Shown here piece by piece: positions 1 through 9,236 of a stretch of 45,336 nt of DNA; the first letter of the stretch is position 1; each line of letters starts with the position of its first letter. A program made the translations under genes and the position numbers. This DNA comes from a virus. Under the pieces are notes generated by a model. It saw only the letters and a list, made by a program, of their open reading frames with translations. It was not told where the DNA came from and did not search any database. Where the stretch lies: IMG/VR virus record IMGVR_UViG_3300046659_000007, positions 1 through 45,336 of that record; one strand, given 5' to 3'.

Positions 1-31
1 ATGCCAGCGAGCGAGGGCAGCTCCTTCCATG
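1..31. repeat. Terminal 31-bp direct repeat, copy 1 (circular-assembly overlap)
   Basis: atgccagcgagcgagggcagctccttccatg at 1-31 is identical to 45306-45336. A minus-strand ORF reads in frame across the junction. Confidence 0.9.
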
Positions 32-1382
32 CCTCGACCATCTGGCCCCACAACTCAGTACTGATCTTGAGCGCATCGTTGAAGCCCTGCACAACCGTGG
101 TCGCTGTGCCGATGCCGAATGCCTGGTCGAGCCAGCGACCGATGAGCGAGTCGCCGCCTGTGAATAGCTGGTTGATGTCATCGAGCAGCAGCGCCAGCGC
201 AGCGAAGATCGCGAGCGGAACTATCAGCGATGAAATCGCTGCCCATTTCATCCTGATAAAGCCAGCGGTGAGCAGCGCGATCGAGGCCTCGAGGATGGTG
301 CTGTTCTTTGCTATCTCGGTGAATATGCCGATGAGGTCGCCGCCCCATTTGATGAGCTTGCCTGTCGCTGGCAGCAGCTTCTGACCTAGCTCAGTGCCTG
401 CATCCTTGAGCTTGCCCTGCAGCGCCTTGGTTGCGTTGGCGAAACCATCCTGCGTGCGCGCAGCGTCGCCTGATGCCTTGGCAGTTTTGGCAATGATGAA
501 GTTGTATCTAAGCTCAGTCTTCTCGGCGTTGCTCATCGCCGATAGCTTCTTGTGTATGCCCTGCGTGTGCGCGAACTCTGCGAGCGTCGCGTCGTTCATG
601 ACTACGCCGAACTTCTTCAGCGGCTCGGCCTCGCCAGTAATGCCGCTCTTGAGCGCGGCGAGCGCATCATCATCGGTCGCGTTGAAAAACGATCCGAGGT
701 CGACAGCCAGGCCAGCAAAGCGCTGGGACATCTCCTGCGCTTTCTGTGTGTTGCCCACCATCGGATCGATCATCGCGCCGAGCGCGCCAGCATTCTCGCG
801 CAGCGTGTAGCTCGAGCGCCCCATGGCCTTGGCTGCGCCATCAGCCCACGCATTGATCTGACTCTTGCCTTGCTCGCCGAACACCTCCTTGAGCACGTTC
901 TGCGTTTCGTTGGCGTCGCTCGCCAGGTTGACCATTCCCTTTATGGTCGCGCCGATCGCGAGGCCGCCGAGCAGCGTGCCGAGGCCGCCGAGGCCGAGAG
1001 CGGCAGCGGCGCCGCCGCCTGCAGACTTGTCCTTGCCCTTGCCCTTACCCTGGCCGATGAATCGGCCTCGCTCATCGCGACCGCGCCCTGCGCCGCTGCC
1101 TGCGCGCGCCGCTGCGCCGACTGCCGCCGCACCTGCAGCACGGCTCGCGATGCGCTCGGCGCCTCGAGGCGCGCGCGCCGCAGCGCCTGCGGCAGCGCCG
1201 CTCGCGCCTGCCATCTGCTTGCCAGCGCTCGACATGCGCGCTGCGCTCTTGCCTGTGCTTTTGTCGAGCTCGCCGAGCGAGGCCTTGATTGCCTCGATGT
1301 CGGCCTCGGCTTTCTTGAAACCGGTTTCATCGAGCTGAAACCCGATCTTCGCAACCAGCTCGCGCAGCACAGTGGCACTCAT
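1..1382 (-). CDS. Tail tape measure protein, N-terminal ~460 codons; continues across the circular junction into 44753..45307
   Basis: My translation starts at ATG (complement 1380-1382): MSATVLRELVAKIGFQLDETGFKKAEADIEAIKASLGELD. It is open down to base 1. It contains a TP901-type tape-measure-like core (LKSGITGEAEPLKKFGVVMNDATLAEFA) and hydrophobic segments. It sits directly downstream of the chaperone pair. The ORF track does not list it because it runs off the window edge. Confidence 0.85.
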   Translation of the reverse strand, partial: MSATVLRELVAKIGFQLDETGFKKAEADIEAIKASLGELDKSTGKSAARMSSAGKQMAGASGAAAGAAARAPRGAERIASRAAGAAAVGAAARAGSGAGRGRDERGRFIGQGKGKGKDKSAGGGAAAALGLGGLGTLLGGLAIGATIKGMVNLASDANETQNVLKEVFGEQGKSQINAWADGAAKAMGRSSYTLRENAGALGAMIDPMVGNTQKAQEMSQRFAGLAVDLGSFFNATDDDALAALKSGITGEAEPLKKFGVVMNDATLAEFAHTQGIHKKLSAMSNAEKTELRYNFIIAKTAKASGDAARTQDGFANATKALQGKLKDAGTELGQKLLPATGKLIKWGGDLIGIFTEIAKNSTILEASIALLTAGFIRMKWAAISSLIVPLAIFAALALLLDDINQLFTGGDSLIGRWLDQAFGIGTATTVVQGFNDALKISTELWGQMVEAWKELPSLAG

Positions 1383-1636
1383 CCTTGACCCCTTGCTCTC
1401 GCAACCTGCTCGGCCAGGCGCTCTAACTCATCGTACATGTCCTCTACTGCGTGAGCCTCGTATAAGTCATCGAGCGACCAGTCGTGCTGCACCTCGGTTA
1501 GGCTTGCGCGGATGTGCCGACTGGTTGCGATGCGCCAGATGTCCCAGTCGATGCCCTCTGGAACTTGGACACTGACTCGATCGCTGCTTTGACTTTGCCA
1601 AGCAGGGCGCCGAGGTTGGCGGACCCGCCTAAAAAA
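1379..1636 (-). CDS. -1 frame extension giving a GT-like chaperone fusion (2025..1379, about 215 aa)
   Basis: The -1 frame is open from the slippery site to a TGA at 1381-1379 that overlaps the tape-measure ATG (ATGA). Its distal part reads IDWDIWRIATSRHIRASLTEVQHDWSLDDLYEAHAVEDMYDELERLAEQVARARGQG. Confidence 0.55.
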   Translation of the reverse strand, partial: FFRRVRQPRRPAWQSQSSDRVSVQVPEGIDWDIWRIATSRHIRASLTEVQHDWSLDDLYEAHAVEDMYDELERLAEQVARARGQG

Positions 1637-2025
1637 CTTGCGAAGTTCGCCTCTATTGCGAATGCCAACCAGCCGACCATGGCATCGTAGCGACCTGCGA
1701 AATGGTCATCGAAGATCGCGAATAGCTGCGGCTCAAGCTCGGCATCGATCACGACCGTTGTGAACTTGGCCAGCTCATCGCTGATGGCGGCGAGCTCCTC
1801 GGCGCTCATGTGCTTCGCGAGCTCGCGCACAGCATCGGCAGCGCCGATCGCGATCGACGCTGCGCCATCCGAGCCATGCACAGTGCCCTCGACAAAACTC
1901 GAGAGCGTGGGGCCGATGAGCTTGAGCAGCCGCACGCTCATCGCTCGGCCCTGCTTGGCGCCGAGCAGCGTTACCTTGTAGACCTGCCCTGCGATCTCTC
2001 GCTCCTTGACCTCGCGACTCGCCAT
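1498..2025 (-). CDS. Tail assembly chaperone (G-like, zero-frame product)
   Basis: 175-aa ORF lying between the tail tube and tape measure genes, the canonical position. It contains a slippery heptamer at 1630-1636. Confidence 0.7.
   Translation of the reverse strand: MASREVKEREIAGQVYKVTLLGAKQGRAMSVRLLKLIGPTLSSFVEGTVHGSDGAASIAIGAADAVRELAKHMSAEELAAISDELAKFTTVVIDAELEPQLFAIFDDHFAGRYDAMVGWLAFAIEANFASFLGGSANLGALLGKVKAAIESVSKFQRASTGTSGASQPVGTSAQA
1630..1636 (-). promoter_or_regulatory. Candidate -1 programmed ribosomal frameshift site T_TTT_TTA
   Basis: Plus strand taaaaaa at 1630-1636. On the minus strand the zero-frame codons are AGT TTT TTA, giving an X_XXY_YYZ heptamer in the correct phase. 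Confidence 0.55.
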
Positions 2026-2028
2026 CGA

Positions 2029-2466
2029 CTACCTACCCCCAAAGAATGAGCCTGTCACATCGGCCAGCTCGATGCGCCAGGCATACACCTGCACCGTCTT
2101 GCCGAGCGTGATAGTCGGCGGACCGACTACCCACGCACGAGGCGAGCTCAGCACGAGCCTGCCCTGCATATCGCGCGCGTTGAATACGCCAGCGCCTGCG
2201 CCATTCGGCAGCAGCAGGTCGGCGTTGAGGATCGCGCTCAGCCTGTCGTTAGCGTCTGCGGTCTGCGCGTAGTTGAGCGTCACTATCGCGCCGAAGTTAT
2301 TCGTGCGTGTGCGAGTGCACTCGCCATCCGATCCGCGGTAGCTGGCGAACCAGTCCTCTGACCATTCGACAGATAGGAACTCATCCTCGCCATAGCCGCC
2401 GCTGTCGAGCGGCACTGCGTTCTGCGATACCGCCAGGTCGTTGATGTTCCATGCCTTGAATCCCAT
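2029..2466 (-). CDS. Tail tube protein
   Basis: 145-aa ORF immediately downstream of the sheath gene and upstream of the chaperone. Size and position are typical of myovirus tubes. Confidence 0.7.
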   Translation of the reverse strand: MGFKAWNINDLAVSQNAVPLDSGGYGEDEFLSVEWSEDWFASYRGSDGECTRTRTNNFGAIVTLNYAQTADANDRLSAILNADLLLPNGAGAGVFNARDMQGRLVLSSPRAWVVGPPTITLGKTVQVYAWRIELADVTGSFFGGR

Positions 2467-2500
2467 GCGCGCCTCCTGCTCGAGCTCGAGTTAGACCGTG

Positions 2501-3814
2501 TCAGACCTTGACTACGCCGATGACTCGCACGCTGTGAATCGCGCCAGACAGCGTGTACTCGTAACGTATGTTCGGCAGAACACGGTTAGCCTTGTCCGTC
2601 GGACTCACCTCTGCGACTTTCGGCGCTGTCACGAACCAGGACTGGTCGCCATCGATGAGGCCGAGCGAGATGCCCTCCTTGACCTGGCCCTCGATCTGCG
2701 CGCGCACTGTCTCAATGCCCTTGTCTGTGTAGGGAACTACATCGTTGTTGCGCAGCAGCAGGATGATGCGATCCTCGATGCCGACATCGAACCAGTCGAC
2801 GGCGACCATCACATCGAGGAACCTGCCGCTCGCTGCCCAGCCGTAGAGCGTGAAGCCAAGGCCCTTGATGTCGACATAGTAGTTCGCTTTTTTCGTGCGC
2901 AGGTTGACCCGTTCCGAGCCGCCGTAGTTCTTGCGCTCGACACCTGTTAGGCCCTTGTTTGCGTACGTGATCGGCCCTGGCAGCTTCGGCATCATCGCGC
3001 CAGTGAGCGCTCCGTCGATGAAGTCTGCAGTGTTTGGATGGTACCAAAGCGAGGTGCGATGGTAGCCGAGGCCGTTGAGCGAGGTCGCGACATCGCCTGT
3101 GCCAGACGCAGGCACATCGCCATCAGAGCTCGAGGCGAGGAAGATCGCGCGCTGCGTCTCTACCCATGCGGCAGCGTTGAGGATCGCAGCCTTGCCAGGC
3201 ACAGCGAGGATGAGGCCATACCAGTCGCCATCAGCGGCGCGAATGCGCGCGAGGTCTGTCGCTGGCGTAGTCGCAGACAACGGTGTTGTGTCTGCGAGCG
3301 CGAGGTTTACCGTCGCACTGGCGATGCGCATGACGCCGCCTGCCGTCGCTGTGAGCGTCACTTTCGTAGAGTCGGACGTTGCAGTTACGCCGATGCCAGC
3401 CGCCGCAGTGACAGCGGCGGCGAGGCCTGTGCAGACCATCGCGACAGTCGGCGTCACTGGCGCAGTGTAAGTTATCAGCACTGCGTTGAGCATGAAGCTG
3501 TAGATCATGCCCTGCACAGGCGCGCTCGGCGTGACTGTCACGACCTGCGTAAACGTGCCTGTGAGCTTGCCGACCTTGAATAGCGGCGGCGATGGATTCT
3601 GACTCTTGAGCTTCGATGCCTCTTGATAGAGCACGCTCGAGCTCGGCACGTTGAATGGCGGCAGCAGCAGCTCATCGGCTGTATTGAAGCTGCGAACATC
3701 CTCGAGCCAGTAAGAGTGATAGGCAGCAATCAGCGGGATGCCGAAGCCGAACTTAGAGACTGTCGCATCCGAGACAGTCACTGTGTGGATAATGACCTCT
3801 GACTCAGCGCCCAT
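2501..3814 (-). CDS. Contractile tail sheath protein
   Basis: 437-aa ORF. The C-terminal region (YYVDIKGLGFTLYGWAASGRFLDVMVAVDWF...) looks sheath-like. Gene order is sheath-tube-chaperone-TMP. Confidence 0.75.
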   Translation of the reverse strand: MGAESEVIIHTVTVSDATVSKFGFGIPLIAAYHSYWLEDVRSFNTADELLLPPFNVPSSSVLYQEASKLKSQNPSPPLFKVGKLTGTFTQVVTVTPSAPVQGMIYSFMLNAVLITYTAPVTPTVAMVCTGLAAAVTAAAGIGVTATSDSTKVTLTATAGGVMRIASATVNLALADTTPLSATTPATDLARIRAADGDWYGLILAVPGKAAILNAAAWVETQRAIFLASSSDGDVPASGTGDVATSLNGLGYHRTSLWYHPNTADFIDGALTGAMMPKLPGPITYANKGLTGVERKNYGGSERVNLRTKKANYYVDIKGLGFTLYGWAASGRFLDVMVAVDWFDVGIEDRIILLLRNNDVVPYTDKGIETVRAQIEGQVKEGISLGLIDGDQSWFVTAPKVAEVSPTDKANRVLPNIRYEYTLSGAIHSVRVIGVVKV

Positions 3815-3816
3815 AG

Positions 3817-4428
3817 TTAGCTCCTATCAATCTGCCTCGGCGGCACTGCAATCACGCTCGGATCGGTGTTGAATGGCGGCCAGACCAGGCCATCGACGAT
3901 CACATGCTCGATGGTGCCGACTGTCTCTGTCGGCGCGCCGTCGTTGCCGCAGCAGCCGCAGTGTGTGTCATACGTGTAGAGGAAACTGAGCTCGAGCGCG
4001 GCCTCGCTCTCGGCTCGAAAGTCAAAGCTGCGACCGAGCTCGACCAGAGGGCCAGGCTCGGCGAGCGAGACGCAGAGCTTGTCGAATGCTGCCTGCGTGC
4101 TCGGCCAGTAGAGCGCATTGCGCAGCCGCTCGAGGTACACATACGCTCGACCATTCGGCGTCTGGTCGCGAGTGAGCACGCGAGTAGTCACTGCGATCGC
4201 TCGGTTGCCTCGCACCTGCACCGTCGCATCGGCGCCGCTGCCGTTGCTGTGCAGCAGCACCTCATCTGGCGAGCCAGTCTGGTCGGCGGCGCCTGCCATC
4301 GACAGGAACGCGCAGGGCCTGCCGAGCATGCCGAGCGGCTCATTGAGCCAGATGACATCCTCGAGCACGATGCGGCAGCGCGCGCTCACGAGCTGGCGCA
4401 TGCCATCGGCGAATGCTTGCCAGTCCAT
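3817..4428 (-). CDS. Neck or tail-terminator-like structural protein (putative)
   Basis: 203-aa ORF between the head-tail joining genes and the sheath. The call rests on position only. Confidence 0.35.
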   Translation of the reverse strand: MDWQAFADGMRQLVSARCRIVLEDVIWLNEPLGMLGRPCAFLSMAGAADQTGSPDEVLLHSNGSGADATVQVRGNRAIAVTTRVLTRDQTPNGRAYVYLERLRNALYWPSTQAAFDKLCVSLAEPGPLVELGRSFDFRAESEAALELSFLYTYDTHCGCCGNDGAPTETVGTIEHVIVDGLVWPPFNTDPSVIAVPPRQIDRS

Positions 4429-4430
4429 CG

Positions 4431-4889
4431 CTACCCTAGCCTGTAGGTGATGGAGTTCTTGAGCGCGCCAGTGAACGCTATCAGCGGCGTGTCGCTGCCC
4501 TTGCGCGCGATGGTCGAGTCTGCGTTCTTTGGCGGTATGTGATCGGTAATGCGCTGCAGCATCAGGCCGCGCGTGTGCTCGCCGAGCAGGCCGAGCGCGC
4601 GCGCCGCACTGAGTTTCGCCTCGAGGATGCCGCCGCCGAGCTTGAGCGCCATCGCCAGCAGCCGCTGCTGGTTGAGGTCGATGGTGTCTCGGATGAATGA
4701 GCGCGACGGTATGCGGCCTGTGCCAAACTCATTCCAGCTGGCGACCTGCGCGTTAGTCACTGCGTCGCCGCCATGCGATGAGGCAGCCTGCGCGCCCTGC
4801 ACGCCGATGAGCACATGCGGATCGCCGCGCAACTGGTCGAGCTGGTTGCTCAGCGCATCCCATCCGCGATCGATGTCTTGCACTGGCAT
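4431..4889 (-). CDS. HK97 gp10-like head-tail joining / tail completion protein
   Basis: 152 aa. The C-terminal motif IPPKNADSTIARKGSDTPLIAFTGALKNSITY resembles the HK97 gp10 family signature. Confidence 0.55.
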   Translation of the reverse strand: MPVQDIDRGWDALSNQLDQLRGDPHVLIGVQGAQAASSHGGDAVTNAQVASWNEFGTGRIPSRSFIRDTIDLNQQRLLAMALKLGGGILEAKLSAARALGLLGEHTRGLMLQRITDHIPPKNADSTIARKGSDTPLIAFTGALKNSITYRLG

Positions 4890-5179
4890 CAGAGCACCAT
4901 CGCCTGCGGCAGCGCCGCGCGATCGATGTCGATGCGCCGCCGCTCGTAGATACTGCGCGCGCCGTCTGGCTCCTTACTCGGATCGAGCCGAGCGAACTCG
5001 CCAGACGGAGAGAGCACGAGCAGCTCGGCTGTCAGGTACTTGACCCGCATATCGCGCAGGCCTGCTGGGTAGTCGGCGCTCGTGAGCACATCAGCATCGG
5101 CCAGCTTCGCACGCACGAGGTCACTGCTCGCGCGTGCGAACTCTGGGAACTCCTCGATGATGTGCTCGACAGTAACCAT
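4889..5179 (-). CDS. Head-tail adaptor/connector protein (putative)
   Basis: 96-aa ORF with its stop/start overlapping the next gene. It lies between the capsid and neck genes. Confidence 0.4.
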   Translation of the reverse strand: MVTVEHIIEEFPEFARASSDLVRAKLADADVLTSADYPAGLRDMRVKYLTAELLVLSPSGEFARLDPSKEPDGARSIYERRRIDIDRAALPQAMVL

Positions 5180-5185
5180 CGGCCC

Positions 5186-5410
5186 TTACTTGCTGGCCGC
5201 CCTGCGCAGCGCCTCTGGCGGCGGCGGCGGCGTCGCCTCGACTATCAGTTCACCGCTGTCGACCAATGGCTTGAGGCTGCCTGCCAGATAGACCTGCACG
5301 TCGGCCTCGGCAGCATCGAGGAACTCGACAGTCGCGAGCGGCGCGATGCCGATGGTCTGCCCTTGCGTCTGAATGCCGATGATGCGCGCGCTCTTGTTAG
5401 TGACTTTCAT
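5186..5410 (-). CDS. Hypothetical small structural-module protein
   Basis: 74-aa ORF directly downstream of the major capsid gene, co-oriented with it. Confidence 0.45.
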   Translation of the reverse strand: MKVTNKSARIIGIQTQGQTIGIAPLATVEFLDAAEADVQVYLAGSLKPLVDSGELIVEATPPPPPEALRRAASK

Positions 5411-5458
5411 GGACTCTACCTAACCTTACTGGTTGACCTGTTAGACCTTCGCAGCAGC

Positions 5459-6535
5459 CTAGATGCCGTCCATGTAGACAGCCGAGAGCGGATACTCGTA
5501 AGCGACGCCGCCGCTGCGAGCCCAGCTATTCACATCGAGCGCGAGGTTGTGAGCCTGCGGCGGCAGCTCGGTCGGCGCGAGCGGCATCTCGAAATGCACA
5601 TGCTCAGCGTCGCGCCGATACATCAGCGCGCGAGGGCCTGTGCCTGCAGCGTTCGCGGTCGCGAGCGGCAGCCACCAGTCGATATCGGTTACGCTCGCAG
5701 AGCGCTCGAGAAATACCTTGAGGATGGTGTCCTCTGGGTCGCTGCCTGCGCCTGTGAACAGCGGCGTATTCTGAATGTAGCGAAACTGCGTGAGCGGCAG
5801 CAGGAGCGCGTCTGGCGACTCGACACCCTTGGTCGTTGTAATGATCGCGTTTTCCATCGCGAGCAGGTCGTTGAGCACATCGTTGGCAGTCTTAGTGCCG
5901 CTGCCCCACGCAGTGGTACCGCCGACATTCGCCGCTGTGAGCAGCGGAACGTTCGCATTGTTGAGCAGGCCCTTGATGCTCGTTCCTGGCTGGCCAGTCG
6001 CCGCGATGCGTTCGAACCGCAGCTCGAAACCTCGCCGCACCTGGTCTGACTTGCGATTGCGGTAGTTGACGCCGCTCATCGCAGCGCGCTCGATGTCGAG
6101 CACGCTGTAATCGTAGCCGAGCGCATAGGTTTCGATGTCGAACGAAACCTTTTGCGCAGTGACAGCGACTCGCCGAATGTCGTCTGCGTAGTTAGCAACG
6201 ATCTCAGCCATGCCGAGCGCGTCCCACATATAGTAGGCCCAAGTCTCCGCACCTGGCGGCGCCTCGCTCGTGACAGGGACGAACTGCCGCCACTTGAGTT
6301 CCGGTCTGCGAACCTCACGTGCGCGCTGGCTGATGTACTCGAGCTGCGTGCCGAACAGGGCAGTCTCATTCGCATCGAGCCGCTCGACTCCGTACAGGAT
6401 GGCGCGGGTGTTCGCCATCGCCTGCATCACTCGCTCGAGCTGGTCGTCTGAGTCTAAACGCACGCCGATGGCGGCGAGCGATGCTGCGAGCTCACTGCGC
6501 ACGAGCGGCTGAACTAACTGTAACTCTGGGTCCAT
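5459..6535 (-). CDS. Major capsid protein (HK97-fold, DUF2184-like by recollection)
   Basis: 358 aa. It follows the scaffold and cement genes. Sequence features include FGTQLEYISQRAREVRRPELKWRQFVPV and ALGYDYSVLDIERAAMSG. Confidence 0.8.
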   Translation of the reverse strand: MDPELQLVQPLVRSELAASLAAIGVRLDSDDQLERVMQAMANTRAILYGVERLDANETALFGTQLEYISQRAREVRRPELKWRQFVPVTSEAPPGAETWAYYMWDALGMAEIVANYADDIRRVAVTAQKVSFDIETYALGYDYSVLDIERAAMSGVNYRNRKSDQVRRGFELRFERIAATGQPGTSIKGLLNNANVPLLTAANVGGTTAWGSGTKTANDVLNDLLAMENAIITTTKGVESPDALLLPLTQFRYIQNTPLFTGAGSDPEDTILKVFLERSASVTDIDWWLPLATANAAGTGPRALMYRRDAEHVHFEMPLAPTELPPQAHNLALDVNSWARSGGVAYEYPLSAVYMDGI

Positions 6536-6582
6536 GGCTTACGCTGTCTCCTGCGATGGCGCTCGCGCGCTGTGTGTCTGGG

Positions 6583-7080
6583 TTAGAGGTCGATCTCCAC
6601 AATCGCGATATCGCCTGCGCCTGTTGAGGCCTTGACTACGTGCAGGTAGGGCGCTGCGACTGCGTTGCCTGCGTCTGCATCGTTGCGCAGCGCGCCGAGC
6701 AGAGTGCCTGCGCCCACAACGCCGAAGCGGACAAACGGGTTCGTGTGAATGGCCAGCGCTGTCTCGGCTGCGATCGCAACGCGCCCCTTGCGAATCACTG
6801 GCAGCACCTGGCCGATCGGGTATGGCGGCTCTGGGTAGGTCGGATCCCAGAGCGAGATACCAGCGACGCCGAGCACAGTCGTTACCATCGCCGATGTGCT
6901 CGGCTGCTTGAGCGCCTTATCTGTTCGGCCTGCTCCGGTATCGTAGATCACGACCTTACCCGCTGGGATGGCGACAGTCTCGGCGATGCCAGTGACCACG
7001 AATCCAAGGCCATAGGCCTCGATCCTCTGACCATCGACGCCGATCGGTCCCTCTACCTCATACGTTAGTTGTCCAGGCAT
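6583..7080 (-). CDS. Capsid cement / decoration protein (DUF2190-like)
   Basis: 165-aa Gly/Val/Ala-rich ORF between the scaffold and capsid genes. It resembles the cement proteins of BPP-1-type heads. Confidence 0.55.
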   Translation of the reverse strand: MPGQLTYEVEGPIGVDGQRIEAYGLGFVVTGIAETVAIPAGKVVIYDTGAGRTDKALKQPSTSAMVTTVLGVAGISLWDPTYPEPPYPIGQVLPVIRKGRVAIAAETALAIHTNPFVRFGVVGAGTLLGALRNDADAGNAVAAPYLHVVKASTGAGDIAIVEIDL

Positions 7081-7147
7081 CTAGCATTTCCTCACTGTTA
7101 GCGATTGACTTGAGAGCGTGCGCGAGTTCGCAGCGAGCGAGCCGCTG

Positions 7148-8332
7148 CTAGCTGTCGGCCTTGCGCGAGGTCGCTCGCAGCGGCGTTCGCCAGGCAGGCG
7201 TGCGATAGGCAGGCGCCGAGCTGCCGCCGCCGCCATCGCCGCCGCCATCGCCGCGCAGCTTGCGCCGAGCATCATCGAGGTTGCTGCCCTTGCTCGGCGT
7301 CTGCTTAGGCTGCTGCTCGAGCACGCTATCGAACCGCGCATCGACGTAGGCATCGCTCTTGCCAGCGAGGTCGATGTCTTTAACCAGATGCTTGAGCGTG
7401 CGCTCCTTGACCTCGCGCTCGCTCACGCCATCGAGCTTGACCTCGGCGCCGAGGTGCGGCCGCACACGCTCGAGCAGCGCCAGCCGAGCGGCTACCGCAG
7501 CATCGAACCGCTTGCCGTCCGTCGCCTCGGCTAGGTTCGTTTTTGCAGTGTCGAGCTCGGCCTGCAGCGCATCGATGCGCTCCTGCAACTTGGTTGCATC
7601 AGCCTTGCGCTGCTCAGCATCGCGCGCGCCCTGCTCGAGCGTGCGTGTAATCAGCTGCGCCGACTGCGGCGGCACAGCGATATCGATGCCATCGACTCGG
7701 ATCGTTACGGTGTCCATCGATTTTCCTCTCGGTCTGTTCTGCGGCTCATCGATCGCATCGAGCGCGCAAGCATCCTCGGCGCCGAGCTCGAGCTCTGCGC
7801 GCTCGCCATCGAGGCGCAGCGCGACCTCTGACCCTGCCCTGCCCCACTGCGGCGGACCTAGCCCTGCATGGTTGTAGACAATCTCGGTCTGCTCAGCGTC
7901 GTAATGCTCGCCGTTGTAGACGCCGCCGCCCTGCAGCAGCTTGCACGAGTAGCCGCAGCTAACCTCGCGCCTCGTGCCCTGCTCGATGGCGTCGATCATC
8001 GCGCCATCAGTCACGACAACCTCGGCCTCGACATACCTGCCATCAGGGCGCGCCGAGGCGCCACTCACATGGCCGACAGCCAGCGTGCGCGCGTTCTTCG
8101 GCGTAACCATCTCGCGCGGATGCAGGTCAGTGAGCGGCGCATCGGCCAGGCTCGCGATCGACTCGGCTCGGAATACCTGCTCTGGTCGGCGCAGCTCGCG
8201 CACGACTGTGCCGTCTGCGCGCTTGTACTTGAGCACGCCAGTGCGAGTGAGCCGAGCAGGCGCGCGCAGAAAGCCTTGAGGCGTGCGCGTTACCTTGCCC
8301 AGCTTCGCTGCATCGTAGCGTGTGACTGACAC
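7148..8332 (-). CDS. Scaffolding / prohead core protein (DUF2213-like N-domain plus coiled coil)
   Basis: 394 aa with a GTG start. The N-terminus reads VTRTPQGFLRAPARLTRTGVLKYKRADGT. The C-terminal half is a charged coiled coil. It lies upstream of the capsid gene. Confidence 0.6.
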   Translation of the reverse strand: MSVTRYDAAKLGKVTRTPQGFLRAPARLTRTGVLKYKRADGTVVRELRRPEQVFRAESIASLADAPLTDLHPREMVTPKNARTLAVGHVSGASARPDGRYVEAEVVVTDGAMIDAIEQGTRREVSCGYSCKLLQGGGVYNGEHYDAEQTEIVYNHAGLGPPQWGRAGSEVALRLDGERAELELGAEDACALDAIDEPQNRPRGKSMDTVTIRVDGIDIAVPPQSAQLITRTLEQGARDAEQRKADATKLQERIDALQAELDTAKTNLAEATDGKRFDAAVAARLALLERVRPHLGAEVKLDGVSEREVKERTLKHLVKDIDLAGKSDAYVDARFDSVLEQQPKQTPSKGSNLDDARRKLRGDGGGDGGGGSSAPAYRTPAWRTPLRATSRKADS

Positions 8333-8370
8333 GGCTGCTGCTATTGGCAGCGCCAGCCAGTGTCAAGGTC

Positions 8371-8394
8371 GATCAGTCCACTGGTCTACTGACA
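8371..8394. repeat. 8-bp-periodic GACCAGTC-family array
   Basis: GATCAGTC CACTGGTC TACTGACA. A second cluster (GACCAGGC TACCAGAA) lies at 8427-8442. Intergenic, between 8434..8826 and the scaffold gene. Confidence 0.6.
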
Positions 8395-8433
8395 GGCCAG
8401 ACGGCGGCGCGCTCGAGCAGCTAGTCGACCAGG

Positions 8434-8826
8434 CTACCAGAAGACACCATCGCCGCAGAGCGCGAGGTATTCAGGCAGCCAAGGCCCCGTTGTTCCGTGC
8501 TTCTGGTTGAGCTCGACAAACTCGCGCACTGTGTAGGTGGTCGTTTGCTGCGGCCGCATGTACCTGCGGAACGCCTCGGCAGTGTCGACTCGCCAGACAC
8601 GCTCTGACTTCGCATCGTCGATGCCGCCCTGCACGATGAGCTCGTGCGGCACGAGGCGGACCCAGCCATGCGCGAAGCGCAGGCCATCGCCTGGCGCTAG
8701 GCAGATGCCGTGCACGACACGAGCGTCCCGCGCGATCTGCGCTGGCGTCGCCTTGCGCAGCCGCACGAGCACCTCGAGGAACTCGAGCGCATCATCAAAG
8801 CAGGTGCCAGTCGGCCGCAGGCTCAT
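8434..8826 (-). CDS. Hypothetical protein (Cys/His-containing, function unknown)
   Basis: 130-aa ORF with gene-like codon usage. A possible Cys...His pair (TCFDDA ... HGIC ... HGWV) was noted but is not diagnostic. Confidence 0.5.
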   Translation of the reverse strand: MSLRPTGTCFDDALEFLEVLVRLRKATPAQIARDARVVHGICLAPGDGLRFAHGWVRLVPHELIVQGGIDDAKSERVWRVDTAEAFRRYMRPQQTTTYTVREFVELNQKHGTTGPWLPEYLALCGDGVFW

Positions 8827-9233
8827 GCGAGTCGAGCCGCCAACCAGTCGGCCAGCGCGCCATGCTCATCGGCCTCCCAGCCAGCGCGCGATGCGACCTC
8901 GACCAGACTGCCGAGCTCGCGCTCGAGTCGCTCGACCGAGGCCTCGAGCTGCGCCTGCCGCCGCAGGGAGCTTTGCTCCCGATGCTCATCGGCGAGCTGC
9001 AGCGACTGCCACTGGCCATCGATGCGCTCCTCGACCTGCGACACCTCGGCCTCGACATCGGCGATGCGCTGCGCGAGCGCTGGCAGCGACGGCTGCTCGA
9101 GCGCGACGCAGGCCGCGTGCACAGTCTCAAGTAACGGGTCAATCATCGGATCGAGGCCGCGTTCAGTCATGAGCCGCAGGCGAAACGATGCCAGGTCGCG
9201 CAGGCGCGCGATGTGCTCCGCAGGTGTCTGCAT
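8823..9233 (-). CDS. Hypothetical coiled-coil protein
   Basis: 136-aa ORF with a 4-nt overlap with the downstream gene. Confidence 0.5.
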   Translation of the reverse strand: MQTPAEHIARLRDLASFRLRLMTERGLDPMIDPLLETVHAACVALEQPSLPALAQRIADVEAEVSQVEERIDGQWQSLQLADEHREQSSLRRQAQLEASVERLERELGSLVEVASRAGWEADEHGALADWLAARLA

Positions 9234-9236
9234 GGC

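Noticed and set aside
1-31. The terminal repeat as a physical direct terminal repeat or cos site
   Set aside because: It is exactly 31 nt, lies in the middle of the tape-measure coding sequence, and has no packaging genes nearby. This is far more consistent with a k-mer-length assembly overlap of a circular or circularly permuted genome.
941-1378. The 145-aa minus-strand ORF listed in the track, and the plus-strand ORFs covering 1..1388
   Set aside because: They are in the wrong frame. The real gene is the tape-measure ORF starting at 1382 in another minus-strand frame, which the track omits because it runs off the window edge.
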